From Octopus sinensis (Eukaryota), in NCBI RefSeq assembly GCF_006345805.1, contig NC_042999.1, positions 57,226,001-57,290,000 on the forward strand: 64,000 nt of DNA, written 5' to 3'. Positions 42,187 through 54,500 of the stretch are shown here, piece by piece; position 1 is the stretch's first letter, and every line of letters begins with the position of its first letter. A program made the translations under genes and the position numbers. The notes under the pieces are model-generated. The model was not told where the DNA came from. It worked only from the letters and a program-made list of their open reading frames with translations, and did not search any database.

Positions 42187-43135
42187 CCAAAAGAGACAAC
42201 GAGAAGTAAGGCGACTTACTCATGTGTTCTTTTTCGAATTGTCTGAGGTGACCTTGGTCTTTTTTGTAGGTTTTTCTTTCCAAGGCTACACCTAAACTGT
42301 GAACCTTATATATATATATATATATTGCTTTTTTATACACCACACAACCCACAGATCCCTATTGATCAAACGTTTTTTTTTTGTGTGCCCCACCCACCCC
42401 ACCTCGAAAAGAAAAAATTCTACATTGTATTTCGTCCATTTTATTCTGTGTTTAGCCCTGTGTGGCTACAATAGAAAGTTATCTATCTAGCTATCGATCG
42501 GTCTCTCTGTCTGCCTGTCTGTCTGACGATCTGTCCACCTACTTAAGTACGTACGTACCAACCTAACTATCTACCTACCCACCTACCTATCTATATATCT
42601 ATCTATCGATTGATCGAGCTGCCTATGTATCTATGTACCTATTTACCTACATCTATACGTCTATCCATCCACGCATCCATTCAAATATCAATCTGTTAAT
42701 CTATATTCCCATTTAGGTTGATATATACATTGCATGAGAAGTATTTAGACGGTTTCTGTTGCGCTTCTGCGACCGGGTGTTAAGGTTTATTGCTCGGATC
42801 CTCTACGGTTAATCGTTGGAATTTTCCGAGCCCCCTCCCCACGCCCCCCGTTTCTCAGCGCGCTTTTTTTTCGTCATATTCCTTCAATATACGATGCCTT
42901 ACACCTGTTACACATATTTTTTTCCTTTTTTGCCACCTGGGCGTGGATCTATATATTAACCCTTTTACATGTTTAAAACTCCTTGTTGTCAAATATTTTG
43001 TTTTAATCGTTGTGCAAGTTCATTCACTAAAAAACCTGAGAATTATTCACGTAGAATTCCGCCCCTGTATGGGCGAAATTACCAGAAACTTTCAAAACTT
43101 TAGTTGGTTCTTCTTAGCCATTTTTCATTTTGAAA

Positions 43136-45110
43136 ATGGCAACTAGAAACCACGTGGCTAGCCCGCCAGTCATGCAGAACGGTAGCGAAACACTATTGCT
43201 ACCACTAGCTGCTAAACCTCGCAGCTTGAACACCGCTGTCACCACCAACACCACCACCAACAACAACAACAGCAAAACTAACGTCGCGACCGAAGACATT
43301 AACTTAGATTTCCCCCCACTCCCTACACCACTTGTCGATGATAAAAGGACGGAGAAAGGGATTTCAAAAACGAATACAGACGAAAACATGAATGCCAGCA
43401 CCACCACCATCACCACCAACAACAACAACAACGAAATGGGCACAAAGCCGCCTACCAAAGACAACACCGCCAACACCAACACCACTACTACGACTTCAAC
43501 TGCTACAACTAACCCTTCTGCTGCTAACACCGCCAACACCAACACCACTACCACGACTTCAACTGCTACAACTAACCCTTCTGCTGCTAAAACGAATTTT
43601 GCGGATGTGACAAATCAAAAACGAACAATTGGAAAATTCACCACACAGGAAATAAACCGCACAAAAGCACTCTTCACCAAAGAAGGAGACAAATTGCACC
43701 TTCACATTCCACAACACATCGTGGAAAACACACAAAAAAACAATAATTTATAAAGTAATAAACAAGAAAACAAGACGAACAGAAAATGCACCACAGGAAA
43801 AAATTGAAAAATGCCTTCGTCCTGCATGGGACTCCAAGGAATATATCAGTTGGGGAAATAAATTTGGTACAGTCCAAGTACGTTTCCTCAACGAAAATTT
43901 AGCAAAACGTTTTTCCACATTGGAGCTGCATTCGGACGACTTGGTAATGATACAAGTCTATTTAAACAAGAGAGTCACGAAAGTCCAAATAAAAAATGTA
44001 CCACTTGAAGTCGAAACACAATGGTTAGTCTCTGCCATCTGCTTTGAAATGACAGAGACAATGTCAGAGACAAACATCCTTGAACTCGCTGTTCTAGGAG
44101 AGAAAGACTATGTGGGAAAATCAATCGAATTCCTTCTTCATTTGGATGAAGCAGCAAGAGAGAAGATACCCACCACTATAGAACTGCCAGGAGGCTACAA
44201 ACTTTATGTAGTGGTAGAGGGCAGGCGACCACGCTGCTATTTGTGTGGAAGCGAAACACACTTGAAAAAGACGTGCCCAACCACTGCACACCAAGAGCAA
44301 CAACAACAACCACTACCACAACCAAAGCACTCCGGAAAAAAAGCTCTACTACCCACACCACCATCAACACAGAAGACGACAAGAGAAGCACACCAAGCTA
44401 ATCCGTCATCAACCAAAAACCACTCAACACCTGAAAAAATACCAACACCACCAACAACAGCAAGAACCAAAGGAACAGAAAAACAAAGAAAACACACAAA
44501 AACTGACCCCCCATCCCTTATACCGCACTCAACACACACAAACACTCAACAACCAACAACAACGAAAACAACAACACAACCACTTACACAGACATACATA
44601 GAAGCCTACAACATACCCCTACCCCATACTGATTCCTCAGAAATTTCGTCGGAAGACGAAACCAGTGAGGAATGGCAAATAGCTACAAAAAGAAGGAAAA
44701 TAAAGAGCAGAAACACAACCAAACCAAATGCAAACACGAACAAAGCAGGGGGAAAGACATCTCCCGAAGACATTTCAAAACCCAACACAAACAACAGCCA
44801 CACCAACACCACAAAAATATATACAGCAAACATGCTCACAGCTATAGACACCAAAAACACAAATTTGATGGAATACATCCAACCAAAAACAAACATAACA
44901 GAAGATGACATAAAAACAAACAATCACCCATACACAACACCACCAGACCACATCAAAATATTACACATCTCCAAAAGTCTACACCACACACTCAAAGGCA
45001 TTTTCCCCAGTGCGGTTGGTAAATGCCAAAAATATCTCACAAAGAAACTGTACTGGGATCTCCTCGAGGACAAACCAAAGGAGGAGAAAGCAAAAACTTT
45101 CGAGCAGTAA
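43136..45110 (+). CDS. Tx1 ORF1 protein; single frameshift in an A7 run at 43734-43740
   Basis: Both reading-frame segments are open and joined by one homopolymer indel; VEGRRPRCYLCGSETHLKKTC knuckle; T/N/P/K-rich disordered flanks. Confidence 0.8.
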
Positions 45111-45154
45111 GTAACCCTCTGTTCCTTTCACTTGTATTCTAATTCATTAGGATT

Positions 45155-48100
45155 ATGATCAAGATTGATTGTGTAAATGCGCGTGGCTTGGGGTCCCCTT
45201 GGAAACAAGGGTACCTCTTAAATGTCATAAAGTCACATAAGTTAGAAATCATAGCCATAAGTGAGACCAGACTCCACAATCCGCGGGCCCTAAAGACCAT
45301 GTTTGGCGGACAGTTCAACATTTATTTTTCCCCCTGTCTGCCGAGAATGGGCGGTAGTGGCACCGCGGTACTTTTTCGCAAGAGTCTGGATCTCAAAGTA
45401 AGGACAATATTCGTAGACCCGGAAGGTAGACTGGTCGTCCTGGATGTCGACGGCAGCAATGGGTGCGCTTTTCGACTCGTATCAGTCTACGCACCGCCCT
45501 TAACAGGTCGGGCGGATTTCTTTCAACGTCTAGAAGTATTCTTGGGAACGTCTCGTCCTTTACTCTCAGTGGGGGATTGGAATGCTACCTTGGACACGCA
45601 TGTAGACTACGTGGGTAGAGATAGGAATAGACGGGGATGCAAATGCCTCGGAGACCTGCTCAGACGCTTTCAACTGTCTGACAGGTTCCGACTAGACCAC
45701 CCGAATGCGCCAACGTGGACATGGAGCAACCACATCGGGTCGTCGAGATCGTATCTAGATAGGATACTGTGTAGGACAGTAGACAGAGATAGCATAGGAT
45801 GTCCACAATTCCACATAGTCAGCTACACGGATCACAAACTTGTGACATGTACGCTAGACTTAGGTAAGACACTTAGGCAGGGTCCCGGATACTGGAAACT
45901 AAACGCGTCTTTCCCATCGAGACAGGTTTTCAGAGACCGGATTAGCACACTAGTAAAGAGGGCTTTGACGGGAGCCATCATCAACAACAAATGGTGGTTT
46001 GCCCTCAAGAGAGCAGTAAAAGCAGAAGCGATTAGGTACAGCAAAGCACTAGCCATAGATAGAAATAGGGTAGAGGGTGAGGTAGTTAAGAAGCTAGAAG
46101 AGGCAATTAGAAGCGGCATCGCATCCGACGTTTTGGCGGCGAGGTTGGCCCTCGACCAACACTTCAACGCCAAACACGAAGGATGTGCTGTCAGAGCTAG
46201 GATGCGTGCTCTAAGGAACGAAGGTGTTGGAGCCGCGAGAGAGGCCCGGGTGGCAGAGGCGCAACAGGGCAACAAAGCCACCATTCGGTCCCTGGTAGAT
46301 GAACAGGGGCGCGAATTGCTCGAGCCAAGTAAAATGTGTGAGGCCTTTCAGCAGCATTTTTCCCGACTTTTCGGGACGAGTGGAGGGCAAGAACGTAGGG
46401 TGGACTTCAGTGCCTACCTACATAGCCTACCACGACTCTCGACAAGAAAGGCAGGGTGCTGCGAAGGTGCCATCACGGCGGCGGAAGTGCAGGACGCGAT
46501 GGCAGAATGCTCGAGGGACAAATCACCGGGTTTGGATGGTCTACCCTACGAGATTTACAATTGTATGCCAGACTTGTTTGGAGATCTCTTGGCGGCGGTG
46601 TACTGCAACTGGCAGCAAAACGGGAGCATTCCTGGTTTTGTGAGCCGAGGAGCCGTAACACTGCTGAAGAAAGACCTAAACAAGGGAAATGTAATAGATA
46701 ACTTTAGGCCCATCACTCTGCTTAATGCAGACTTGAAAATTTTGGCCAAGGTGCTAGCCAAGAGGTTGGCGCTTGTCATCGAGAAACTGGTCGACAAGGC
46801 GCAAACATGCGCCGTGCCAGGCCGGACCATCCATGACAACCTCCACCCGATGCGCTACATCATAGACAGGGTAGTTAACGAACCTGGCATGGGTGGGGTG
46901 CTGATCAATTTGGATCAATCGAAAGCTTTCGATAGGGTAGACCATCGATACTTGGAGGCGGTCCTCAGAGCGGCTGGCTTCGGTCCCGTCTTCCGCGGCT
47001 GGATAGCCGCTTTGTACAGAGGCATCCGTTCGGTAATTCGCGTGAATGGACATCTATCGAGACCCTTCGACATCGCACGTTCGGTCCGTCAGGGATGCCC
47101 CCTCTCGTCGCTTCTATACGTATTGACTCTCGAGCCATTATTGCGGAAGCTGGCAACTTTGAGGGGCATCCCGCGAGAACTGGGATGCGGGACGAGCGTG
47201 TCTGCATACGCGGATGACGTCACCGTCATAGTGTCTAGCCACAAGCACATCGAGCAGGTCGGCGAGACACTGAAAAACTACGAAGCGGTGACAGGAGTGA
47301 AAATCAACCGTGAAAAGTCAGTGGGCTTGCGACTAGGAACCTGGAGAAGCAAGCCCATGCCGTCCACCAGCGCCTCCGTCATGGGACGCTGGACCGACGG
47401 CCCGGTTGAGTTGCTCGGGGTCTGGTTTGGTCCGGACCTCCAAGTGGAGAAGAACTGGAACGAGATAACGAGTAGGGTGGTCACTCTCGCCCGGCAATGG
47501 GCCGAGAGGAAACTGTCCCTAAAAGGTCGGGCGGAGGTGGCGAACACGTACATCGCGTCCGTCATCTACTACCGCCTGACCGTCGTACCTTGTCCCGACC
47601 CTACCATCACCAAACTACAACGCATTCTCTTTCGCCTCTTATGGAAAGGATGCGTCCCGATGGTCAGGCGATCCATTTGCTGTCAACACCCGTTAAAAGG
47701 AGGGCTGGGCATGCCGTGGTTGATGATGCGCAGACACGCGCTGAGACTGCGACATCTCTGGCTCTATGTAGACGACGGTGAACAGGTGTGGTCGCCGTTT
47801 GTGAGGCACGCTTTCCCGCAGCTCGTCTCCATGGCCGAACTGCAGTCGTGGATCAAAAAGAGGCCGAGGAAGGGCAAATGGCACCGCGAGTGTCGCGTTG
47901 CTCTCAAGCAACTCTGCCGTCCTGGGTCGACCTTGAGTGACTTCAACACAACCAAAGCATTCTATAGGAGATTAGTGGAGGGGAGGTACGACGACGAGCT
48001 CGGGGCGAACCTGGACGTCGACGAGGAGTATCTGACCCGCCTGTTCAGGACGACTTTCGGGCCAGGGCCCATGGACAACTTCCAGAGATCCCTGGCCTGG

Positions 48101-48592
48101 CAGTGTTACCGAGAAGCGCTACCCGTTCGGGATAAGCTCTACAGACACGGCTCGAGAAACACGGGGCCGACCTGCCCGAGATGCGGTCAGAGCGACGAAA
48201 CCGTTCTGCACGCACTCGTGCAGTGTCCAACAATTTCCGACCTGTGGGCTTGTGTCGAACAACTGCTGTCACGTGTGGGACGAGTCGGTTTATCAGCTGA
48301 GTCTATCGTCAATATAGTCACGCCTCGTTCCTTCAAACGGGAAGGAAGAGCTATTTTCATCATCCTTGTGGCTATGGCGAAAGAATGTATCTGGTGGACG
48401 CGTCTGAAAGGATTGGAGACAAATACTTTCCTCTCTGGTCAATCTCTCATCAACTTCTTCAAGTACCACTTGAAAAGGAAAGTGAGAGTAGAGAGGCAAG
48501 TTTTGTCTAGCGAATGTTTTAAAAAAAGATGGGTGAATGTAGCAAGGATGGCACGTATGAATGACGAAGCCACCTTGAGCATAATCCTATGA
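45155..48592 (+). CDS. Tx1 ORF2 polyprotein (APE endonuclease-RT-zinc finger), intact 1145 aa
   Basis: Uninterrupted ORF with NARGL, SET, GDWNA, LDRI and TDH (APE); YADD (RT); CPRCGQSDETVLHALVQC. Confidence 0.95.
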   Translation: MIKIDCVNARGLGSPWKQGYLLNVIKSHKLEIIAISETRLHNPRALKTMFGGQFNIYFSPCLPRMGGSGTAVLFRKSLDLKVRTIFVDPEGRLVVLDVDGSNGCAFRLVSVYAPPLTGRADFFQRLEVFLGTSRPLLSVGDWNATLDTHVDYVGRDRNRRGCKCLGDLLRRFQLSDRFRLDHPNAPTWTWSNHIGSSRSYLDRILCRTVDRDSIGCPQFHIVSYTDHKLVTCTLDLGKTLRQGPGYWKLNASFPSRQVFRDRISTLVKRALTGAIINNKWWFALKRAVKAEAIRYSKALAIDRNRVEGEVVKKLEEAIRSGIASDVLAARLALDQHFNAKHEGCAVRARMRALRNEGVGAAREARVAEAQQGNKATIRSLVDEQGRELLEPSKMCEAFQQHFSRLFGTSGGQERRVDFSAYLHSLPRLSTRKAGCCEGAITAAEVQDAMAECSRDKSPGLDGLPYEIYNCMPDLFGDLLAAVYCNWQQNGSIPGFVSRGAVTLLKKDLNKGNVIDNFRPITLLNADLKILAKVLAKRLALVIEKLVDKAQTCAVPGRTIHDNLHPMRYIIDRVVNEPGMGGVLINLDQSKAFDRVDHRYLEAVLRAAGFGPVFRGWIAALYRGIRSVIRVNGHLSRPFDIARSVRQGCPLSSLLYVLTLEPLLRKLATLRGIPRELGCGTSVSAYADDVTVIVSSHKHIEQVGETLKNYEAVTGVKINREKSVGLRLGTWRSKPMPSTSASVMGRWTDGPVELLGVWFGPDLQVEKNWNEITSRVVTLARQWAERKLSLKGRAEVANTYIASVIYYRLTVVPCPDPTITKLQRILFRLLWKGCVPMVRRSICCQHPLKGGLGMPWLMMRRHALRLRHLWLYVDDGEQVWSPFVRHAFPQLVSMAELQSWIKKRPRKGKWHRECRVALKQLCRPGSTLSDFNTTKAFYRRLVEGRYDDELGANLDVDEEYLTRLFRTTFGPGPMDNFQRSLAWQCYREALPVRDKLYRHGSRNTGPTCPRCGQSDETVLHALVQCPTISDLWACVEQLLSRVGRVGLSAESIVNIVTPRSFKREGRAIFIILVAMAKECIWWTRLKGLETNTFLSGQSLINFFKYHLKRKVRVERQVLSSECFKKRWVNVARMARMNDEATLSIIL

Positions 48593-49380
48593 ACCCAGAA
48601 ATTGAAAACAGAGGGTTACCCACTTGCAAACAAATGTGGTAACATATAACAATATTGACCAAGGTTATCGTGGTCTTTTTCGTAGGCTTTTCTTCCGTCG
48701 GATAAACCTTACTTGCTTTCCCCTTTACACCATATATCATAACACTGTGATACACGATCCCTATTGATCGTTCTTTTTTTTCCTCTTCCCCTTTTTTCCC
48801 CTTTTTTCTTCTTTTTTCACTTCTCTTTTCTTTTGTTCCTTTTCCTTTTCTTTTTTTTCTTTTTATTCTTTTTATTTTTTATTTTATTTATTTATTTATT
48901 ATTATTATTATTTTTTTTGTTCTCTTCTTCCCTTTTACGATCCCTCTTGATCGAAAACCTACGCCACCCCCTTTACATTGCAAAATATTTCATTTTCCCG
49001 TCCTCTCTTTCATATATCACCTTTTCTTTCTCGAGCTCTCTCTTTTTTCGCCGTCTCTATTTATTCTACAACGAGTCTATCAATGACAGCGGCAAAAGTT
49101 TCAATATTCCTACTTCACCTCTTTCAGAAACGCAACAGATATTTTTTTTTTGCCGGGGTTAAAGCCCACTACATCCCGTCGGATTCACTCCAAAATTTAC
49201 ACCTTCTCTTTCTACCTCTAACTCCCATTCAATTTCCCTTTATCTCCATTCTTAAAGATAATTATCATCGCCACCACCACCACCACCAACACACAATCTG
49301 GACAATCTTTCTCTTATAACAAATCATGTTTACATTGCAACGACGTCTGCCACCTCTGCTGTCTCTATTTATTCTGCAAA

Positions 49381-49577
49381 TGACCAGAACTCGGGAAACT
49401 TGGTTTAGTGTTCTATGGTCTATGACCAGAACTCGGGAAACTTTGTTGAGTGTTCTACGGTCTATGACCAGAACTCGGGAAACTTGCTTGACTGTTCTAT
49501 GGTCTATGACCAGAAATCGGGAAACTTGGTTGAGTGTTCTATGGTCTATGACCAGAACTTGGGAAACTTGGTTGAGT
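49381..49577. repeat. 42-bp minisatellite, ~4.7 copies
   Basis: Unit TGACCAGAACTCGGGAAACTTGGTTGAGTGTTCTATGGTCTA. Confidence 0.92.
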
Positions 49578-50269
49578 CCTCATCTTATAAAATGTGGCCC
49601 CAGTAGACCCAAATGAAATCGGGTTATATTAACCAAAATATGAAAAGGGGTCTAAATGGGCTGGAAGGGGATTAAAATTTCAAGGAGCGAGTGTTTAGGA
49701 ATTCTCTGTTACATCAAGCTAAAAAATTTGCGCCAGCCTTTTAATCGTCAATGTGTTGCCGTCCATGATAAAGAAGTTTTGAATGCTTGCCAAGGTGAGT
49801 CTACTGTCGTGATAAAGAATCACTTCAAAACTTGGTGTTTACGAATTTTCTTTTACATCAAGTTCAAAATTTTACGCCAGCCGTTAAACTGTCAATACGT
49901 TGTTGTCCGTCGTTAAGAAATGCCAGCCATGGTGACTCTACTATCCTCAGATTCTATCCCTTCAAACTTTGGTTTCCAATATTTTATTATTTTCATTCAG
50001 CTCGCAAGTTCGTCTGTCCCTTTTAAATGTTAGCGTTTTGCTGTCTGCCTTGAAGCAGACCTTTCCGTTGCCACTGCCTGATATTTATGATTGATCTTTC
50101 AAAATATTTTATTTCTCTACTTACTCAAGATCTTTTGTTGTTTATAAATGGGAGAGAGATAGATAAAGATAGAGAGTAAGAGAAAGCGAGGGAGAGTCCG
50201 AGAGAAAGGAAGAGTAAGAGAGTGGGAAAGTGAGAGAGAAAGGAGAAAGAAACAAAGAGGGAGAATCAT

Positions 50270-50582
50270 CATCATCATCATCATCATCGTTTAACGTCCG
50301 TTTTCCGTGCTAGCACGGGTTGGACAGTTTGACAGGGGTTTGGGAAGCCAGGAGGCTGCACCAGGCTCCAGTCTGATCTGGCAGTGTTTCGACAGGTGGA
50401 TGCCCTTCCTAACGCCAACCACTCTGTGAGCGTAGTGGGTGCTTTTTTCGTGCCGCCTGCACAGGTGCCAGGGGGGCTGGCAGCGGTCACGATCGGTTGG
50501 TGCTTTTTACGTGCCACCAGCACAGAAGCCAGTCAAGGCGGCGCTGCAATCCGCCACGTTCGGATGGTGCTTTTTACGTGCT
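50270..50582 (-). mobile_element. SINE-like fragment with (GAT)n tail captured inside the Helitron (also at 52345-52585)
   Basis: GTTGGCGTTAGGAAGGGCATCCA motif on the minus strand; tail CGTTAAACGATGATGATG. Confidence 0.6.
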
Positions 50583-51475
50583 GAAAGGAAGCAACAGAAA
50601 GTAACAACCACACTCTTACCCGCGCTTAGAGCGGGTCACCTTCAGCTGGTCTCTATATATAAAACTGAAATGCGTTTTTACCGCTTGGATCGCTTTCAAT
50701 GCCACTACGTCCCGTCCGATTCGCTCCAAAATTTACAGGGACATGTAGAATGAGGTGACGATGCTCGTGGGCTACCTTAGAAATCCCCATCTTAAAAGGT
50801 GTCGTTGCTAGGGGCCATCTTCTTCACTCACGCTATTTCTTCCAATACCCTCTCACTCCTCTTCATATATAACTTTGACAATTCCACTACCGTTACTTAA
50901 AGTATCTGTCACTCTCGCTATTTCCTCTCTTTTTCACTGACTCTGTTTCCTACCTTCCCATCACTTCGGCGGCGTTCTTTTAAGTATCTGTCTGTCACCA
51001 ACAACACACGAGCATGAGAACAAATGTTATGAATCAGATATTCTTGCGTTCATTTATATGTGTGTGTATGTGTGTGTTCTATATATAAATATGTATATAT
51101 AATGTGTGTGTGTGTGTGTGTGTGTTCTATTTATAAATATGTATATATAATGTATGTGTGTGTGTGTGTTCTATATATAAATATGTATACATACAAAGTG
51201 TATATATCTGTATTTATGTATATTAAACTTTTTCATACTTTTTCATAGTTATATATATTTTTAAACAAATTATAAATTTAATTTAATAATTTTTATTTTC
51301 AATTTAAATAATTTAAATGTTTCAATTTTATATTTTATATATTTTATATATTATATTTTTTTTATGTTTTTGTTTTTGGTTTTTCACTTTTTGATTTGCC
51401 TATTAGTGGTTTTATCTCTAATTTAATTTATACAGATATATATCTCATTTATATACATTTGTATATATAATGTGT

Positions 51476-51530
<55 letters not shown>

Positions 51531-52666
51531 ATGTGTGCATTACGTAGTCGGTCGATTCAGCTGAAAATATGCACACCTATGTTAAAAGTGCTGGCAAGTT
51601 TGCATGACAACTATTTTTTTCCTCAAATGAAAGGCGTCACCTCTAGGACAAAATTCCTCATCTTATAAAATGTGGCCCCAGTAGACCCAAATGAAATCGG
51701 GTTATATTAACCAAAATATGAAAAGGGGTCTAAATGGGCTGGAAGGGGATTAAAATTTCAAGGAGCGGGTGTTTAGGAATTATCTGTTACATCAAGCTAA
51801 AAAATTTGCGCCAGCCTTTTAATCGTCAATGTGTTGCCGTCCATGATAAAGAAGTTTTGAATGCTTGCCAAGGTGAGTCTACTGTCGTGAGAAAGAATCA
51901 CTTCAAAACTTGGTGTTTACGAATTTTCTTTTACATCAAGTTCAAAATTTTACGCCAGCCGTTAAACTGTCAATACGTTGTTGTCCGTCGTTAAGAAATG
52001 CCAGCCATGGTGACTCTACTATTCTCAGATTCTATCCCTTCAAACTTTGGTTTCCAATATTTTATTATTTTCATTCAGCTCGCAAGTTCGTCTGTCCCTT
52101 TTAAATGTTAGCGTTTTGCTGTCTGCCTTGAAGCAGACCTTTCCGTTGCCACTGCCTGATATTTATGATTGATCTTTCAAAATATTTTATTTCTCTACTT
52201 ACTCAAGATCTTCTGTTGTTTATAAATGGGAGAGAGATAGATAAAGATAGAGAGTAAGAGAAAGCGAGGGAGAGTCCGAGAGAAAAGAAAAGTAAGAGAG
52301 TGGGAAAGTGAGAGAGAAAGGAGAGAGAAACAAAGACGGAGAATCATCATCATCATCATCGTTTAACGTCCGTTTTCCGTGCTAGCACGAGTTGGACAGA
52401 GTGCCCAGGGTCTGGGAAGCCAGGAGGCTGCACCAGACTCCAGTCTGATCTGGCAGTGTTTCTACAAGTGGATAACCTTCCTAACGCCAACCACTCTGTG
52501 AGTGTAGTGGGTGCTTTTTTCGTGCCGCCGGTACAGGTGCCAGGGGGGCTCGCAGCAGCAACGATCGGTTGGTGCTTTTTACGTGCTGAAAGGAAGCAAC
52601 AGAAAATAACAACCACACTCTTACCCGCGCGTAGAGTGGGTCACCTTCAGCTAGTATATATATATA

Positions 52667-52729
<63 letters not shown>

Positions 52730-52790
52730 TACATATATATATATATATAATACATATATATATATATATATATATAGATACATACATACA

Positions 52791-52826
<36 letters not shown>

Positions 52827-53423
52827 TACACACATACATATATATGAACCTACCTGTCTATCAAACCGTTATCGATCTATCTATGCATGCACGCACGAAT
52901 GAACACATTAACACACACACACACACACCACACACACACACACATACTCATACGTTCACAGGTGTACTGACTAAGGAACAAGATACACGTTAGCTAACAT
53001 TCATCAACAAGAAGAAATGAAATCTGATAACAACAAAAATAATATTGTTGATGATTATGATGATGATGATGATATTTTTAATTGACCTCAAAGGCTTTAC
53101 ACCAAGAAAAACATTGTGGGCAGCGCAAAATAAAACATTGAATGTGTGTACAGGTGTGCTGTGAGTGGGGTTGCGAATAAACAAGTTTTAACATAAAAGC
53201 TAAAAAAAAGTGTGGGGGGGGGAATTACGTAGAAGACCTGAGATTTTGGAGGAGGGGAAGTCGATTATATCGACCCCAGTGCGTAACTGGTACTTATTTC
53301 ATCAACCCCGAAAGCATGAAAGGCAAAGTCAACCGCGACGGAATTTCAACTCATAAAGACGAACGAAATGTCGTTAAGCGTTTTTCTAGGCATACAAACG
53401 GTTCAGCCAGCTCACCACTTTGA

Positions 53424-53470
<47 letters not shown>

Positions 53471-53544
53471 TAACAATAATAATAATAATAATAATAATAA
53501 TTATTATTATTATTATTATATTATTATTATTATTATTATTATCG

Positions 53545-53583
<39 letters not shown>

Positions 53584-53628
53584 TATTATTATTATCGTCA
53601 TTATTATTATTATTATATATTATTATTA

Positions 53629-53680
<52 letters not shown>

Positions 53681-53682
53681 CG

Positions 53683-53713
<31 letters not shown>

Positions 53714-53717
53714 AATT

Positions 53718-54145
53718 AAAGACATGGAAGAAAATACTTGTAGACTAATAGATGTAAGTGTTAACAGATGTAAATATATCTGTAAAGGAATTTGACAAAT
53801 TAAGTGAATATAAGGACCTGAAAATTGAAATACAAAAGATGTGACATCTTAAAGCAAGAACTAACTCTGGGATGTCAGAAACAGCTAGATAACATCCCAG
53901 GAGAACCATGTCTCTGAGAAATCCAAAAGATTGTGCTGACAAGTATTGGCCACATTCTTAGAAAAACCCCATCGATTCAAATGTCTCTAATGTATTACAT
54001 GAAGATACTTCGCAATTGTCCCTGCCACCTCCCCTCCCCAAGCTTTCAGTTATACTGTAGCATCTCTTATCCTTCACTCGCCCTAGGACGCTGAGTGTCT
54101 CGGCAAGTGATTGTAATAAACATGCTGATTAAAAGTAGATAATAA
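53718..54145 (+). mobile_element. 3' fragment of an R4/Dong-clade RLE retrotransposon next to (TAA)n
   Basis: LIDVSV...NISVKEFDKLSEYKDLKIEIQKM*HLK...IPGEPCL*EIQKIVLTSIGHILRK. Confidence 0.8.
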
Positions 54146-54160
54146 CAGTAGTAGTAGCAA

Positions 54161-54228
<68 letters not shown>

Positions 54229-54445
54229 TAGTAGTAATTTTTCCACAAGGGCAGCCTGGGGGAGGAGATTAAGTCGATTACATCAACCCCAATGTTTCAC
54301 TGGTACTTGATTTATCGACCCTGAATGATGAGAGGCAAAGTCGACCTCCACGGAATTTGAACTCAGAACGTAGCGGCAGACGAAATACCACTAAGCATTT
54401 CGCCCGACGTGCTAACGATTCTGCCAGCTCGTCGCTTTAATAATA

Positions 54446-54500
<55 letters not shown>

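Larger units (their letters stand above)
36648..42479 (+). mobile_element. Full-length Tx1 (L1-clade) LINE copy A, defective
   Basis: ORF1 + ORF2 + 3' tail; 18-bp TSD TATCTATCTA(T/G)CTATCGA (36630-36647, 42480-42497). Confidence 0.9.
42750..48980 (+). mobile_element. Tx1 LINE copy B, near full length; terminal ~50 nt of the tail missing
   Basis: 5'UTR, ORF1, ORF2 and 3'UTR with GATC hairpins. Boundaries approximate. Confidence 0.88.
49160..52654 (+). mobile_element. Head-to-tail tandem non-autonomous Helitron (unit 2 = 50650-52654; unit 1 ends at 50649)
   Basis: 3' hairpin ACCCGC...GCGGGT then CTGG (50646-49) or CTAG-T (52651-54); next unit starts TCTCTATATATAAAA; ~1 kb near-identical between 49577-50649 and 51655-52654. 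Left boundary of unit 1 is approximate. Confidence 0.75.
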
